From contig JAQWTK010000096.1 in the NCBI GenBank assembly GCA_029242705.1, positions 42,148-106,147 of the forward strand: a stretch of 64,000 nt of DNA, given 5' to 3'. Under the pieces are notes generated by a model. It was not told the DNA's origin and did no database searches. It saw only the letters and a list, made by a program, of their open reading frames with translations. Below, in pieces: positions 21,630 through 30,423 of this stretch. The position numbers and the translations under genes were made by a program. This DNA comes from Gammaproteobacteria bacterium (GTDB lineage: Bacteria; Pseudomonadota; Gammaproteobacteria; Pseudomonadales; Pseudohongiellaceae). Each line of letters begins with the position of its first letter. Position 1 is the stretch's first letter.

Positions 21630-23309
21630 ATGCATGATAATAAATTAGCTCCATTAACAGAGACAGTTGCCAGTATCGATACCGCGAAGCATGTGCTTAA
21701 TTCACTTCACAAATTTGTGAATGTTGGGTTCCGGACGCTTAAAGCAACTTGTACGGTAAACGATAAACTAGATCTTAATTTATTAGACGAGTACCAGCTG
21801 GCTAGCTATGAACTCGCATTTTGTGAATCAGAAATTTCTGCAGCTAGTTCTTTTCTAGACTATTCCGAGCAATATAAGTCTGATTCGCTTGAGCAGAAGA
21901 TGTCACTTTTGTTTGCGGGCGATACATTTCAATCGGTTATTTCCAGATTAAAAACTGTTTCTACTGATGCTTGTTTGGATTGGGATGAAATAGTTGGGTT
22001 TGAAGGGAGTCAAGCTGTCCGAAATCTGATAGAAAATTGTAATTCGAATATTGTTGCTAGTTTGGGTGAGCGCATTTCAGAAGAAGAAATATCACGATTA
22101 CCGTCTGGGTTGGACGAAGAAAAAGAACTAGTGCGGGAAACTTTCCAGCGGTTCTCGGATGAAATAGTCGAGCCCCTTGCGGAAGAAATTCACCGTGAGG
22201 ACAAAGATATCCCACAAGTAATAATAGAGACTGCTGCAGATTTAGGCTGTTTTGGGACTTGTATCCCTGAGAAATATGGTGGACTACAACCAGACGAAGC
22301 CGCAGATAGTCTGAGCATGATTGTTGTTACCGAAGAGCTCTCTAGGGGCTCTCTTGGAGCGGCCGGCAGTTTAATTACCCGGCCAGAGATAGCCGCTCGA
22401 GCTTTATTGGCTGGTGGCACGGAAGACCAGCAACAAAATTGGTTACCAAGACTCGCCGCTGGAAAAATTCTTTGCGCTATTTCAATTACGGAGCCTGATA
22501 CCGGATCCGATGTGGCAGCAGTAACTCTAAAAGCGAAAGCTAGGGAAGGGGGCTGGTTGCTTAATGGTAATAAAACTTGGTGCACATTTGCAGGGCGCTC
22601 AGAGTTAATTATGATGCTTTGTCGCACAAACCCCGATTTATCCTTGGGCTACAAAGGCCTTAGTATGTTTTTAATAGAAAAGCCTTCTTTCTCTGGACAT
22701 CAATTTGAGCATCGTCAGGACGGTGGAGGAAAATTAACTGGTAAAGCTATTGCTACACTTGGTTATAGAGGTATGCATTCGTTCGATCTATTTTTCGAAG
22801 ATTATTTTGTCCCAACAGATAGCTTGTTAGGAGGAAAAGAAGGAGAAGGGAGGGGGTTTTACTACACGATGGCTGGATTTTCTGGCGGCCGCATTCAAAC
22901 AGCGGCTAGGGCAACTGGATTGATGCAAGCAGCATTCGACAGAGCTCTTAATTACTCGAAAGAGCGTAGCGTATTCGATAAAACACTGAATCAATTTCAG
23001 CTTACGCAAATAAAATTAGCAAGAATGTTGGCTACTATTAACGCCTGTCGCCAGTTTAGTTATTCGGTGGCTCGGCTAATGGACAACGGTGCAGGGCAGA
23101 TGGAGGCGAGTTTGGTGAAGTTATTCAGTTGTCGAGCGGCTGAGTGGGTAACGCGCGAGGCTATGCAGATACATGGTGGGATGGGCTATGCGGAAGAAAG
23201 TGCAGTATCCCGTTACTTTGCTGATGCCAGAGTGCTTTCAATTTTTGAAGGAGCCGAAGAGGTTCTTGCCCTTAAGGTAATCGCAAGGGAACTTGTACGG
23301 AACATATAA
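21630..23309 (+). CDS. Acyl-CoA dehydrogenase with an N-terminal extension of about 170 aa
   Basis: An ACAD core from about residue 170 (ITEPDTGSD, C-terminal IFEGAEEV), preceded by a helical extension without recognisable motifs. Confidence 0.8.
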   Translation: MHDNKLAPLTETVASIDTAKHVLNSLHKFVNVGFRTLKATCTVNDKLDLNLLDEYQLASYELAFCESEISAASSFLDYSEQYKSDSLEQKMSLLFAGDTFQSVISRLKTVSTDACLDWDEIVGFEGSQAVRNLIENCNSNIVASLGERISEEEISRLPSGLDEEKELVRETFQRFSDEIVEPLAEEIHREDKDIPQVIIETAADLGCFGTCIPEKYGGLQPDEAADSLSMIVVTEELSRGSLGAAGSLITRPEIAARALLAGGTEDQQQNWLPRLAAGKILCAISITEPDTGSDVAAVTLKAKAREGGWLLNGNKTWCTFAGRSELIMMLCRTNPDLSLGYKGLSMFLIEKPSFSGHQFEHRQDGGGKLTGKAIATLGYRGMHSFDLFFEDYFVPTDSLLGGKEGEGRGFYYTMAGFSGGRIQTAARATGLMQAAFDRALNYSKERSVFDKTLNQFQLTQIKLARMLATINACRQFSYSVARLMDNGAGQMEASLVKLFSCRAAEWVTREAMQIHGGMGYAEESAVSRYFADARVLSIFEGAEEVLALKVIARELVRNI

Positions 23310-23362
23310 TTTGCTAGTTCGAAATTTAGTTTCAAATATTTATATAAGGAAGAATTTGAATA

Positions 23363-24277
23363 ATGAGTGTCCTACTAAAAGATAAAGTTGTCATAGTAAC
23401 CGGGGCTGGTCGTGGTATTGGTCGAGGTATTGCGCTAATGGCGGCGGCTAATGGTGCAAAAGTTGTTGTTAACGATCTAGGTGGAGCAGAAGATGGTTCA
23501 GGGTCTGATGTTAGTCCTGCAGATGAAGTGGTTACGGAAATAAATTCCTTGGGAGGCGAGGCAATTTCTTCATATGCAAGCGTAACTGAATGGGATGCGG
23601 CGCACGATATTGTGGAAACAGCGGTAAATAATTTTGGGCGTGTCGATTGTGTTGTTAATAATGCCGGTAATCTTCGTGACGCAATTTTTCATAAAATGAC
23701 AGAAGAAGAATTTGACTCGGTTATAAATGTCCATCTAAAAGGAACCTTTAATGTTAGTAGGGCAGCTGCAACGCATTTTCGCGCTCAAACTAGTGGTTGT
23801 TTCGTTAATATGACATCTACTTCGGGATTAATTGGGAATTTTGGGCAGGCAAATTATGCTGCCGCGAAACTTGGCATAGTTGGACTTTCGAAATCTATGG
23901 CGCTTGATATGGGTCGATTTAGGGTCAGATCTAATTGTATTGCTCCATTTGCTTGGAGTCGGCTAATCGGAACCATTCCTACAAATACTGAAGAAGAAAA
24001 GGCTCGTGTAGAAAAAATTCAACAGATGACGCCGGACAAGATAGCACCATTAGCTATTGCTTTATGCAGTGATGCCGCAAAAGATGTTTCCGGCCAAATA
24101 TTTGGTGTTCGAAATAATGAAATATTTTTATTTAATCATAATAGACCTATTCGTTTCGCTCACACAGCAGAGGGCTGGTCGCCTGATTCAGTTCTAGAAA
24201 GAGTTATTCCGGCATTCAATTCGGACTTCTCTCCACTGGAAAGATCGGGTGATGTCTTTAGCTGGGATCCAATGTAA
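23363..24277 (+). CDS. Short-chain dehydrogenase/reductase, MFE-2/Hsd4A-like (probable (3R)-hydroxyacyl-CoA dehydrogenase)
   Basis: TGAGRGIGRG cofactor motif, NNAG, and a catalytic YAAAK. The 304 aa length and C-terminal extension resemble the dehydrogenase part of multifunctional enzyme type 2. Confidence 0.8.
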   Translation: MSVLLKDKVVIVTGAGRGIGRGIALMAAANGAKVVVNDLGGAEDGSGSDVSPADEVVTEINSLGGEAISSYASVTEWDAAHDIVETAVNNFGRVDCVVNNAGNLRDAIFHKMTEEEFDSVINVHLKGTFNVSRAAATHFRAQTSGCFVNMTSTSGLIGNFGQANYAAAKLGIVGLSKSMALDMGRFRVRSNCIAPFAWSRLIGTIPTNTEEEKARVEKIQQMTPDKIAPLAIALCSDAAKDVSGQIFGVRNNEIFLFNHNRPIRFAHTAEGWSPDSVLERVIPAFNSDFSPLERSGDVFSWDPM

Positions 24278-24297
24278 AAGTAATAAAGAAGAGTCAA

Positions 24298-25161
24298 ATG
24301 GCTATCGATCCTGAAAAATTATTAAACCGCGAGTTTGGAACCATTCGTGATACTTATACCGAAAAAGATTGCATCCTTTACGCCCTAGGCGTGGGTATGG
24401 GTCTTGACCCTTTAGACGAAGAGTGTCTTAAATTTGTATATGAAGACGGGCTTAAAATACTGCCAAGCCAATCGGTGATAATGGCTCACCCGGGGTTCTG
24501 GGCGAAGGAAGAAGATACTGGCGTTGACTGGGTAAAAGTACTTCACGCGGGGCAAGAAATTATTTTTCACAATCCTATACCTCCATCTGCTACCGTTGAA
24601 GCAACGACGCGGATAACAGAAGTAACAGATAAAGGTGAAAGGGTCGGGGCGCTAATCAATTCAGAACGAATAGTAAGTGATATCAAGACTGGCATGGAAA
24701 TCTGTACGCTGATAACGACTATTCTAGCCAGGGGTGATGGCGGATTTGGCGGTGAAAGGAAAGTCTCGGCTTTCAAGCCTGATGTAATACCCATGAGGGA
24801 CCCTGACGATATTTGCGACCTGCCCACCTTGCCTCAGCAAGCGTTACTCTACCGCCTTTCGGGCGATTTCAACCCATTGCATGCTTCACCTACAGTGGCA
24901 AGGAATGCTGGATTTAAAGCTCCAATACTTCATGGACTTTGTACGTTTGGGGTAATGACCCATGCTCTAATTAAAATGTGTTGCGACTATGATCCTAGCC
25001 GGTTCAAACGAATGCGACTGCGATTCTCAGCGCCAGTTTATCCTGGCGAAACAATTCGTACAGAAATTTGGCACAACGACAATGAGATTGCTTTCCGCTG
25101 TAAGTCGCTTGAGCAAGGAAAAATTGTAATCAACAATGGCTACTTGCTCGTTGAAGGGTAA
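24298..25161 (+). CDS. MaoC-like double hot-dog (R)-specific enoyl-CoA hydratase (hydratase 2)
   Basis: Hydratase-2 motif YRLSGDFNPLHASPTVA in the C-terminal hot-dog. The 287 aa length fits a double hot-dog. Confidence 0.85.
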   Translation: MAIDPEKLLNREFGTIRDTYTEKDCILYALGVGMGLDPLDEECLKFVYEDGLKILPSQSVIMAHPGFWAKEEDTGVDWVKVLHAGQEIIFHNPIPPSATVEATTRITEVTDKGERVGALINSERIVSDIKTGMEICTLITTILARGDGGFGGERKVSAFKPDVIPMRDPDDICDLPTLPQQALLYRLSGDFNPLHASPTVARNAGFKAPILHGLCTFGVMTHALIKMCCDYDPSRFKRMRLRFSAPVYPGETIRTEIWHNDNEIAFRCKSLEQGKIVINNGYLLVEG

Positions 25162-25174
25162 GTAGGAAAAGACA

Positions 25175-26386
25175 TTGCAGCATATTTTAAAGGGAATGCG
25201 AGTAGTAGAGGGCAGCGCTTTTATAGCGGCGCCCTCTGGCGGTATGACTCTGGCTCAGTTGGGGGCCGACGTTATTCGATTTGATCAAATCGGTGGCGGT
25301 ATAGATTATCATAGGTGGCCAATTACGGTTGAAGGCAAAAGCCTTTATTGGCATTCGCTTAACAAAGGTAAGCGATCAATTGCTATCGATTTACGCAATC
25401 CAACTGGGCGCGAACTTATCCAAAACCTCATTACCGATGCGGGTAAAAATAGCGGTCTATTTGTAACCAATTTTCCAGCAAAAGGATTCTTAGCAGATGA
25501 AGTGTTACGGGCTAAAAGGAATGACCTTATTTATATTAATCTAACCGGCGATCGTCATGGAGGAAGTGCGTTAGATTATACCGTAAACAGTAAAGTAGGT
25601 CTGCCCTATCTAAGTGGCGATGGGGGTAAACCTATAAATAACCCATTCCCAGCTTGGGATGTTATAGCGGGACAACAAATTGCCATCGCTCTTTTGGCGG
25701 CAGAGCGCCATCGGCGTCAATCTTCTGAAGGACAATTTGTAAAGTTAGCATTGGCTGATGTAGCTCTTGCAACTATGGGGCATCTCGGTTTTGTTGCTGA
25801 GGCGCAACTAAATGAAGAAGCAAGGCAACCGGTTGGTAATCATATTTATGGTACATTTGGCCATGATTTTAAGTGTAAAGATGGCCGTCGAGTGATGGTT
25901 GTCGGTGTAAGCCCTAATCAATGGAAATCCCTGATTAAAGTAACTAGCACTGAAGATCAAATAGCGTCTTTAGAAAAAAAGCTTAAGCTCAATTTTTCCA
26001 ATGAAGGAGATCGATTCAAGGCGAGGGAAGAAATATATAATCTTTTCGCCCCATGGTTTTCTGAGAATTCCTTTAATGAAGCTAAGATGGCTATGGAGGA
26101 TAATGGGGTTTGTTGGGGACCTTACCAAACGGTGTCAGAATTAATAAAAAGTGATCCAGACTGTTCGGTCAATAACCCGTTATTCTCGTTGATAAATCAA
26201 CCAGGTATTGGCGAATACCTAGTCCCGTCACAAGCGATTAAATTTACCGATCTTGAATCCGAAGCTCCTGCTCCTGCTCCTTTGCTTGGCCAACACACCG
26301 ATGAAATACTTTCAGAAATACTTAGTTTAGGCAGTGCTGAGATCGGTAAATTACATGATGAGAAAATTGTTGCCGGTCCAAAATAG
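25175..26386 (+). CDS. Family III CoA-transferase fold (CaiB/BaiF/alpha-methylacyl-CoA racemase family)
   Basis: N-terminal GMRVVEGS..AAPSGGMTLAQLGADVIRFD, collinear with the family. TTG start at 25175 with AGGAAA upstream; an alternative ATG lies at 25196. Confidence 0.72.
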   Translation: MQHILKGMRVVEGSAFIAAPSGGMTLAQLGADVIRFDQIGGGIDYHRWPITVEGKSLYWHSLNKGKRSIAIDLRNPTGRELIQNLITDAGKNSGLFVTNFPAKGFLADEVLRAKRNDLIYINLTGDRHGGSALDYTVNSKVGLPYLSGDGGKPINNPFPAWDVIAGQQIAIALLAAERHRRQSSEGQFVKLALADVALATMGHLGFVAEAQLNEEARQPVGNHIYGTFGHDFKCKDGRRVMVVGVSPNQWKSLIKVTSTEDQIASLEKKLKLNFSNEGDRFKAREEIYNLFAPWFSENSFNEAKMAMEDNGVCWGPYQTVSELIKSDPDCSVNNPLFSLINQPGIGEYLVPSQAIKFTDLESEAPAPAPLLGQHTDEILSEILSLGSAEIGKLHDEKIVAGPK

Positions 26387-26404
26387 TAAAATAACAAGTA
26401 AAGA

Positions 26405-28000
26405 ATGAGTACAAAAATTCACCAAAATGTTTCAATTGTTGATTTTCTTTTTGAGGCGGCGGAAGCATGGCCAAATAAACCAGCTGTTAGTTTTTTAGGT
26501 AAGACCCAATCCTGGCTAGAGACAAAGTATCGATGTCACGCGGCGGCCACATTGCTTTCCGATGCTGGCGTGCAACGTGGGCACCGGGTCGCATATTTAG
26601 GTTTGAATTCGAATGTTTGTTTTGAAAGCTATTACTCCCCGGCATTGATTGGCGCAGTTATGGTGCCTATTAACTATCGTTTATCTCTTAGGGAAATGAT
26701 TGAATGTGTGGAAGATTGTGAGCCGCGAGTATTAATTGTTGATGAAAATCACATTGAGCAAGCTCGCCAATTAAAAGATAGTTGCGAAAGCTTACAAACC
26801 ATTATTTTTTTTGGAGATGAAGTTACTCCAAATGGAATGACTTCCTATGAGGAAGGCGTTCAAAGAATTATCTCTAGTGGGGCGTATTGTGAGTTAGCTC
26901 CAAGCAAGGGTGATGAGATTGTTATCATTTTTTATACTGGAGGCACCACCGGTCGCTCAAAAGGTGTCATGTTGAGTAATATTAATTTTAAGGTTAATAC
27001 TGATTGCTCAGTTCCGCTTTACCGTATGCAGAGACATTGGGTCTTTCTTATAATAGGGCCTTTATTTCATCTTGCCGCTGGATCTCGCGTTTTTAGTAGT
27101 ACCGCACTTGGGGGTCACGCAGTGATCATGCCTAAATTTGATGTTGCCGGATTATTAGATGCAATTGATCGGTATAATATTAATTCGGCGACTCTCGTGC
27201 CGACAATGTACCAAATGATTTTAGATCATCCTCGGTTAGGGGAGTTTAATTTATCTTCTTTGAAGATGTTGGCTTCGGGGGCCGCACCATTATCTATTGG
27301 GCTCTTAGGTCGCATTGTAAAAGCGTTTCCCGAAACAGAATTCTTTCAAACATATGGTATGACGGAGGCCGCACCAATCCTTACAAGTCTCGATTCTAAA
27401 TATCAAGTGTTACATGGCCCAAATTCGCATAAACTGGGCTCAGTTGGTTTTCCGGTAGATCATATAGATCTTATCATTGCTAATGAGAGCGATCTCCCGT
27501 TACCTCCAAACAGTGTTGGTCAAATTTTGGCTAGAGGCCCCAATATTATGAAAGGATATTGGCAAATGCCTGAATTAACTAAAGAGGCATTGAAAGGGGG
27601 TTGGTTTCATACTGGAGATGCGGGCTATCTAGATGAGGATGGTTTTCTTTATTTAGAAGGTCGTGTTAAAGATATGATTGTGTCGGGTGGTGAGAATGTT
27701 TACCCCATTGAGGTAGAAAATATATTAGAGAACCACAATGCGATATACCAATGTGCAGTTATTGGAATCCCTCATGAAACGTGGGGAGAGGCTGTGCATG
27801 CCATAGTTGTTTTAAAGAAAGACTCCGAAGTTTCAGAGGGTGAACTCATAAGTTTTTGTAAGAACCAGATCGCGGGTTACAAATGTCCCGTGAGCATTAC
27901 CTTTCGGGAAGAACCGATGCCTTTATCTCCGATTAATAAAATTTTAAAAACGGAATTAAGGAAACCGTTTTGGAAGGGTCGAGATAGTTCTATCGTCTGA
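26405..28000 (+). CDS. AMP-dependent acyl-CoA synthetase/ligase
   Basis: AMP-binding motif YTGGTTGRSKGV, then GYLDEDGFLYLEGRVKDMIVSGGENVYP. Confidence 0.88.
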   Translation: MSTKIHQNVSIVDFLFEAAEAWPNKPAVSFLGKTQSWLETKYRCHAAATLLSDAGVQRGHRVAYLGLNSNVCFESYYSPALIGAVMVPINYRLSLREMIECVEDCEPRVLIVDENHIEQARQLKDSCESLQTIIFFGDEVTPNGMTSYEEGVQRIISSGAYCELAPSKGDEIVIIFYTGGTTGRSKGVMLSNINFKVNTDCSVPLYRMQRHWVFLIIGPLFHLAAGSRVFSSTALGGHAVIMPKFDVAGLLDAIDRYNINSATLVPTMYQMILDHPRLGEFNLSSLKMLASGAAPLSIGLLGRIVKAFPETEFFQTYGMTEAAPILTSLDSKYQVLHGPNSHKLGSVGFPVDHIDLIIANESDLPLPPNSVGQILARGPNIMKGYWQMPELTKEALKGGWFHTGDAGYLDEDGFLYLEGRVKDMIVSGGENVYPIEVENILENHNAIYQCAVIGIPHETWGEAVHAIVVLKKDSEVSEGELISFCKNQIAGYKCPVSITFREEPMPLSPINKILKTELRKPFWKGRDSSIV

Positions 28001-28025
28001 GATTTTAGGCTTAATAAATTTTTGC

Positions 28026-28649
28026 TTAACCAAAATTAATTTCTGGACTTAATTTAATTAAGTGGGTAACAAATTTTTCTAGAGCTTCGTATGGTTGACA
28101 ACCAACTAAAGTCAATTCATTGCTATAGAAAGTAGGAACACCAGTAATACCCATTTCACGCGAAAGAGCCCAGTCCTTATCCACGCTTTTTTTAAGGTCT
28201 CGATTGTCTAAAATCTTTTTTGCGGAATTTGGATCTAAACCAACTTCCCCAGCAATTTTAACTAACTCACTGGTTTTTCCAATATTCAAATTGCTTACAA
28301 AATAGGCTTCATATATTGAATTATGTATGGCTTCGCCATTGGGTTGACTATCAGCCCACTTGCCAAGTTCTTGAGCCAAGCGACTGTTGTAGGTATGAGA
28401 ACGATTTCCATAAGCCAGGCCAGCTTCTCGCATTAGCTTGCCCATATTCTCTTTCATTGGTGTTAAGTCACTACCGGGGAATAACTCTTCTAAAGTAATG
28501 CCTTCCTCCGGAGTTTGAGGATGTAGTGGGAAGTGTATCAAGCGAATTTTGATCGGATAATTCTTTTTTAGTTTTTCAATACTTACAGTATTGAGATAAC
28601 ACCAAGGTCAGACATAGTCGATAAATACGTCTAGTTCGATTTTCTTCAT
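28026..28649 (-). CDS. DsbA/FrnE-family thiol:disulfide oxidoreductase with an in-frame TGA at the first active-site Cys position (candidate selenoprotein, U-P-W-C)
   Basis: ATG at 28649 lies 2 nt after the stop of the upstream gene (TAACTATG). Translation gives MKKIELDVFIDYV-TGA-PWCYLNTVSIEKLKKNYPIKIRL and then runs in frame into the track ORF (IHFPLHPQTPEEG...GITGVPTF). The TGA is at 28608..28610. The total of 207 codons fits the family length. The track ORF (TTG at 28541) lacks the whole CxxC region. Confidence 0.6.
28576..28594 (-). other. Candidate bacterial SECIS hairpin
   Basis: mRNA sequence UCAAUAC-UGUAA-GUAUUGA: a perfect 7-bp stem and a 5-nt apical loop containing GU. It starts 13 nt 3' of the in-frame UGA. 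Confidence 0.4.
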
Positions 28650-28651
28650 AG

Positions 28652-30199
28652 TTATAGTTTTTCTCTAGGGATGAGTTTGACTATTTGACCACCCGCATTG
28701 TGTTCAAACAGTAAATAAATGTCGCCGTTATAGCCTTGTTCGATATCCCTGACACGTCCGATTCCCTCGAATAATGTTTCTTTTTCAACGAAGCGATTAT
28801 TTTCAATATCGACGCGGAAAAGGCTGCGAGATTTTAACGAGCCAACAATAAAATCCCCATGCCAATTAGGAAAACTTTCGCTGTCGCTAATTATAAAACT
28901 CGAAACGGCGGGAGACGGAGTTAAATCAACTATTGGTTGCATAATATCTGATAATTCAAATGCAATACCGAGGCCGCGGCCATTTACTAGGCTTCCGTCA
29001 TAATGTAATCCCATTGAATGCAGAGGCCAACCATAATTTTCTGCGGGCAGTAATCGATTTATTTCATCGCCACCACGAGGCCCATGCTCACTCCCCCATA
29101 ATTCGTTATTAACTAGATCATATTCTAGTCCTTGAGGGCTCCGATGCCCCAAGGTATAGATACTTTCATATACGTTTTCTACTCCAACGTAAGGATTATC
29201 GCTGGGAATAGATCCATCGTCATTGACCCGATGTGTTTTCCCACATGGAGTCGTTAGGTCTTGAATTCCCCCGCCTTGACCTCCGCATTTCATGCCTAAT
29301 GTAAAATAAACATGCCCTCGATTATCAAAAGTAACTCGACCTCCAGCACCAACATCGCCAGCAAAAAAATAGTCTTTAAACCGTGCCTGCCAAATAATTT
29401 CTTGGTCTACCCAGGTTCCATCTTCTATTCGCCCACGAACGAGTCTGTTCATAGAGACTGCTCGTTGTTCGTTTCTGCTAGCTTCATTACATTCGTTGCA
29501 GCGGTGGCTATGATAAAGATACACCCAGCCGTTTTCCTCGTAATGGGGATGCAGCACAATATCAAATAGCCAACCCATTCCTCTTTCAATATCGATACGC
29601 GATTCGAGTCGATAGATGTCATCATATGCAGCCGGGGTACCTGTTATTAGTTCAGATTTCTCTCCAGTGGGACTAATAATACGGACGCCCTTAGTTTTTT
29701 CTGTGAGCAGAAGGCTGCCATCGGGTAAGGGAGCAATTGAAAATGGAAGTGGATCTAAATCTGAAGCAATAGACTGTAGCTGGAAATCATGTAGCGAAGT
29801 TTCAAAAACTTTGCGGGGAATTTCCATGGGAGCATCATAATTTGAAGTTACATAGCCGACATTCGCGCGAGTTTCGAGTATGTACATGGCCAAGCCGCGA
29901 ATTTCAATAGGAGATAAGAGGTCACGCCAGCTTGGCATGCCCGCTTCTATATAACCTTCGCTGATACTCGTAATAATATCACTTATAGATTGGCCATTGG
30001 CTAATTCGCCTCTCAAAGACGATCCCTGAGCAGCACCGGTTAGGTCTTCTCCATGACAGACCCCGCAGTTCTCTTGAAACATGAGACGAGATTCTGTTAC
30101 TCCAGAATACGCCTCCGCTTCATCTTGAGCGAAAGAATTGTTTGCGGTTAATAAACTTATAAGGGGGAGGAAAATCCTAAATAAGAGCTTTTTATACAT
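28652..30199 (-). CDS. Exported cytochrome c domain fused to a PQQ-dependent sugar (glucose/sorbosone) dehydrogenase beta-propeller
   Basis: Signal peptide, haem c motif CGVCHGED, then sGDH-family motifs GHRSPQGL and EHGPRGGDEIN. Confidence 0.8.
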   Translation of the reverse strand: MYKKLLFRIFLPLISLLTANNSFAQDEAEAYSGVTESRLMFQENCGVCHGEDLTGAAQGSSLRGELANGQSISDIITSISEGYIEAGMPSWRDLLSPIEIRGLAMYILETRANVGYVTSNYDAPMEIPRKVFETSLHDFQLQSIASDLDPLPFSIAPLPDGSLLLTEKTKGVRIISPTGEKSELITGTPAAYDDIYRLESRIDIERGMGWLFDIVLHPHYEENGWVYLYHSHRCNECNEASRNEQRAVSMNRLVRGRIEDGTWVDQEIIWQARFKDYFFAGDVGAGGRVTFDNRGHVYFTLGMKCGGQGGGIQDLTTPCGKTHRVNDDGSIPSDNPYVGVENVYESIYTLGHRSPQGLEYDLVNNELWGSEHGPRGGDEINRLLPAENYGWPLHSMGLHYDGSLVNGRGLGIAFELSDIMQPIVDLTPSPAVSSFIISDSESFPNWHGDFIVGSLKSRSLFRVDIENNRFVEKETLFEGIGRVRDIEQGYNGDIYLLFEHNAGGQIVKLIPREKL

Positions 30200-30423
30200 T
30201 TTATATTCGTGGTTATTTTAATATCCAAGTTAGAGCATGAGTTGGTTAGGTTCTAGATTGCTTTTCCCTAACCCTACTCTCACCATTCTGTCTTTGCAAT
30301 TATCTAAACGAACTAGGATGACTCCGTTGATAGAGGTATACTGCTGTCCAGTTTATGGGCGTCTGGGTAATATCAGGTAGGCCATTTTAGTATATTTAAT
30401 AATCTAATTATGAGGTGGGGTAG

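Noticed and set aside
28026-28541. Track ORF starting at TTG 28541 as the full DsbA-like gene
   Set aside because: It lacks the entire CxxC-bearing N-terminus of the fold. The upstream 108 nt are in frame and encode the missing motif apart from a single TGA. I therefore replaced it with the 28026..28649 model.
28608-28610. TGA read as Trp or Gly under an alternative genetic code
   Set aside because: TGA clearly terminates other well-supported genes in the window, for example hemX at the ATGA overlap with hemY and mauD at the ATGA overlap with mauA. The gene content is that of an ordinary proteobacterium.
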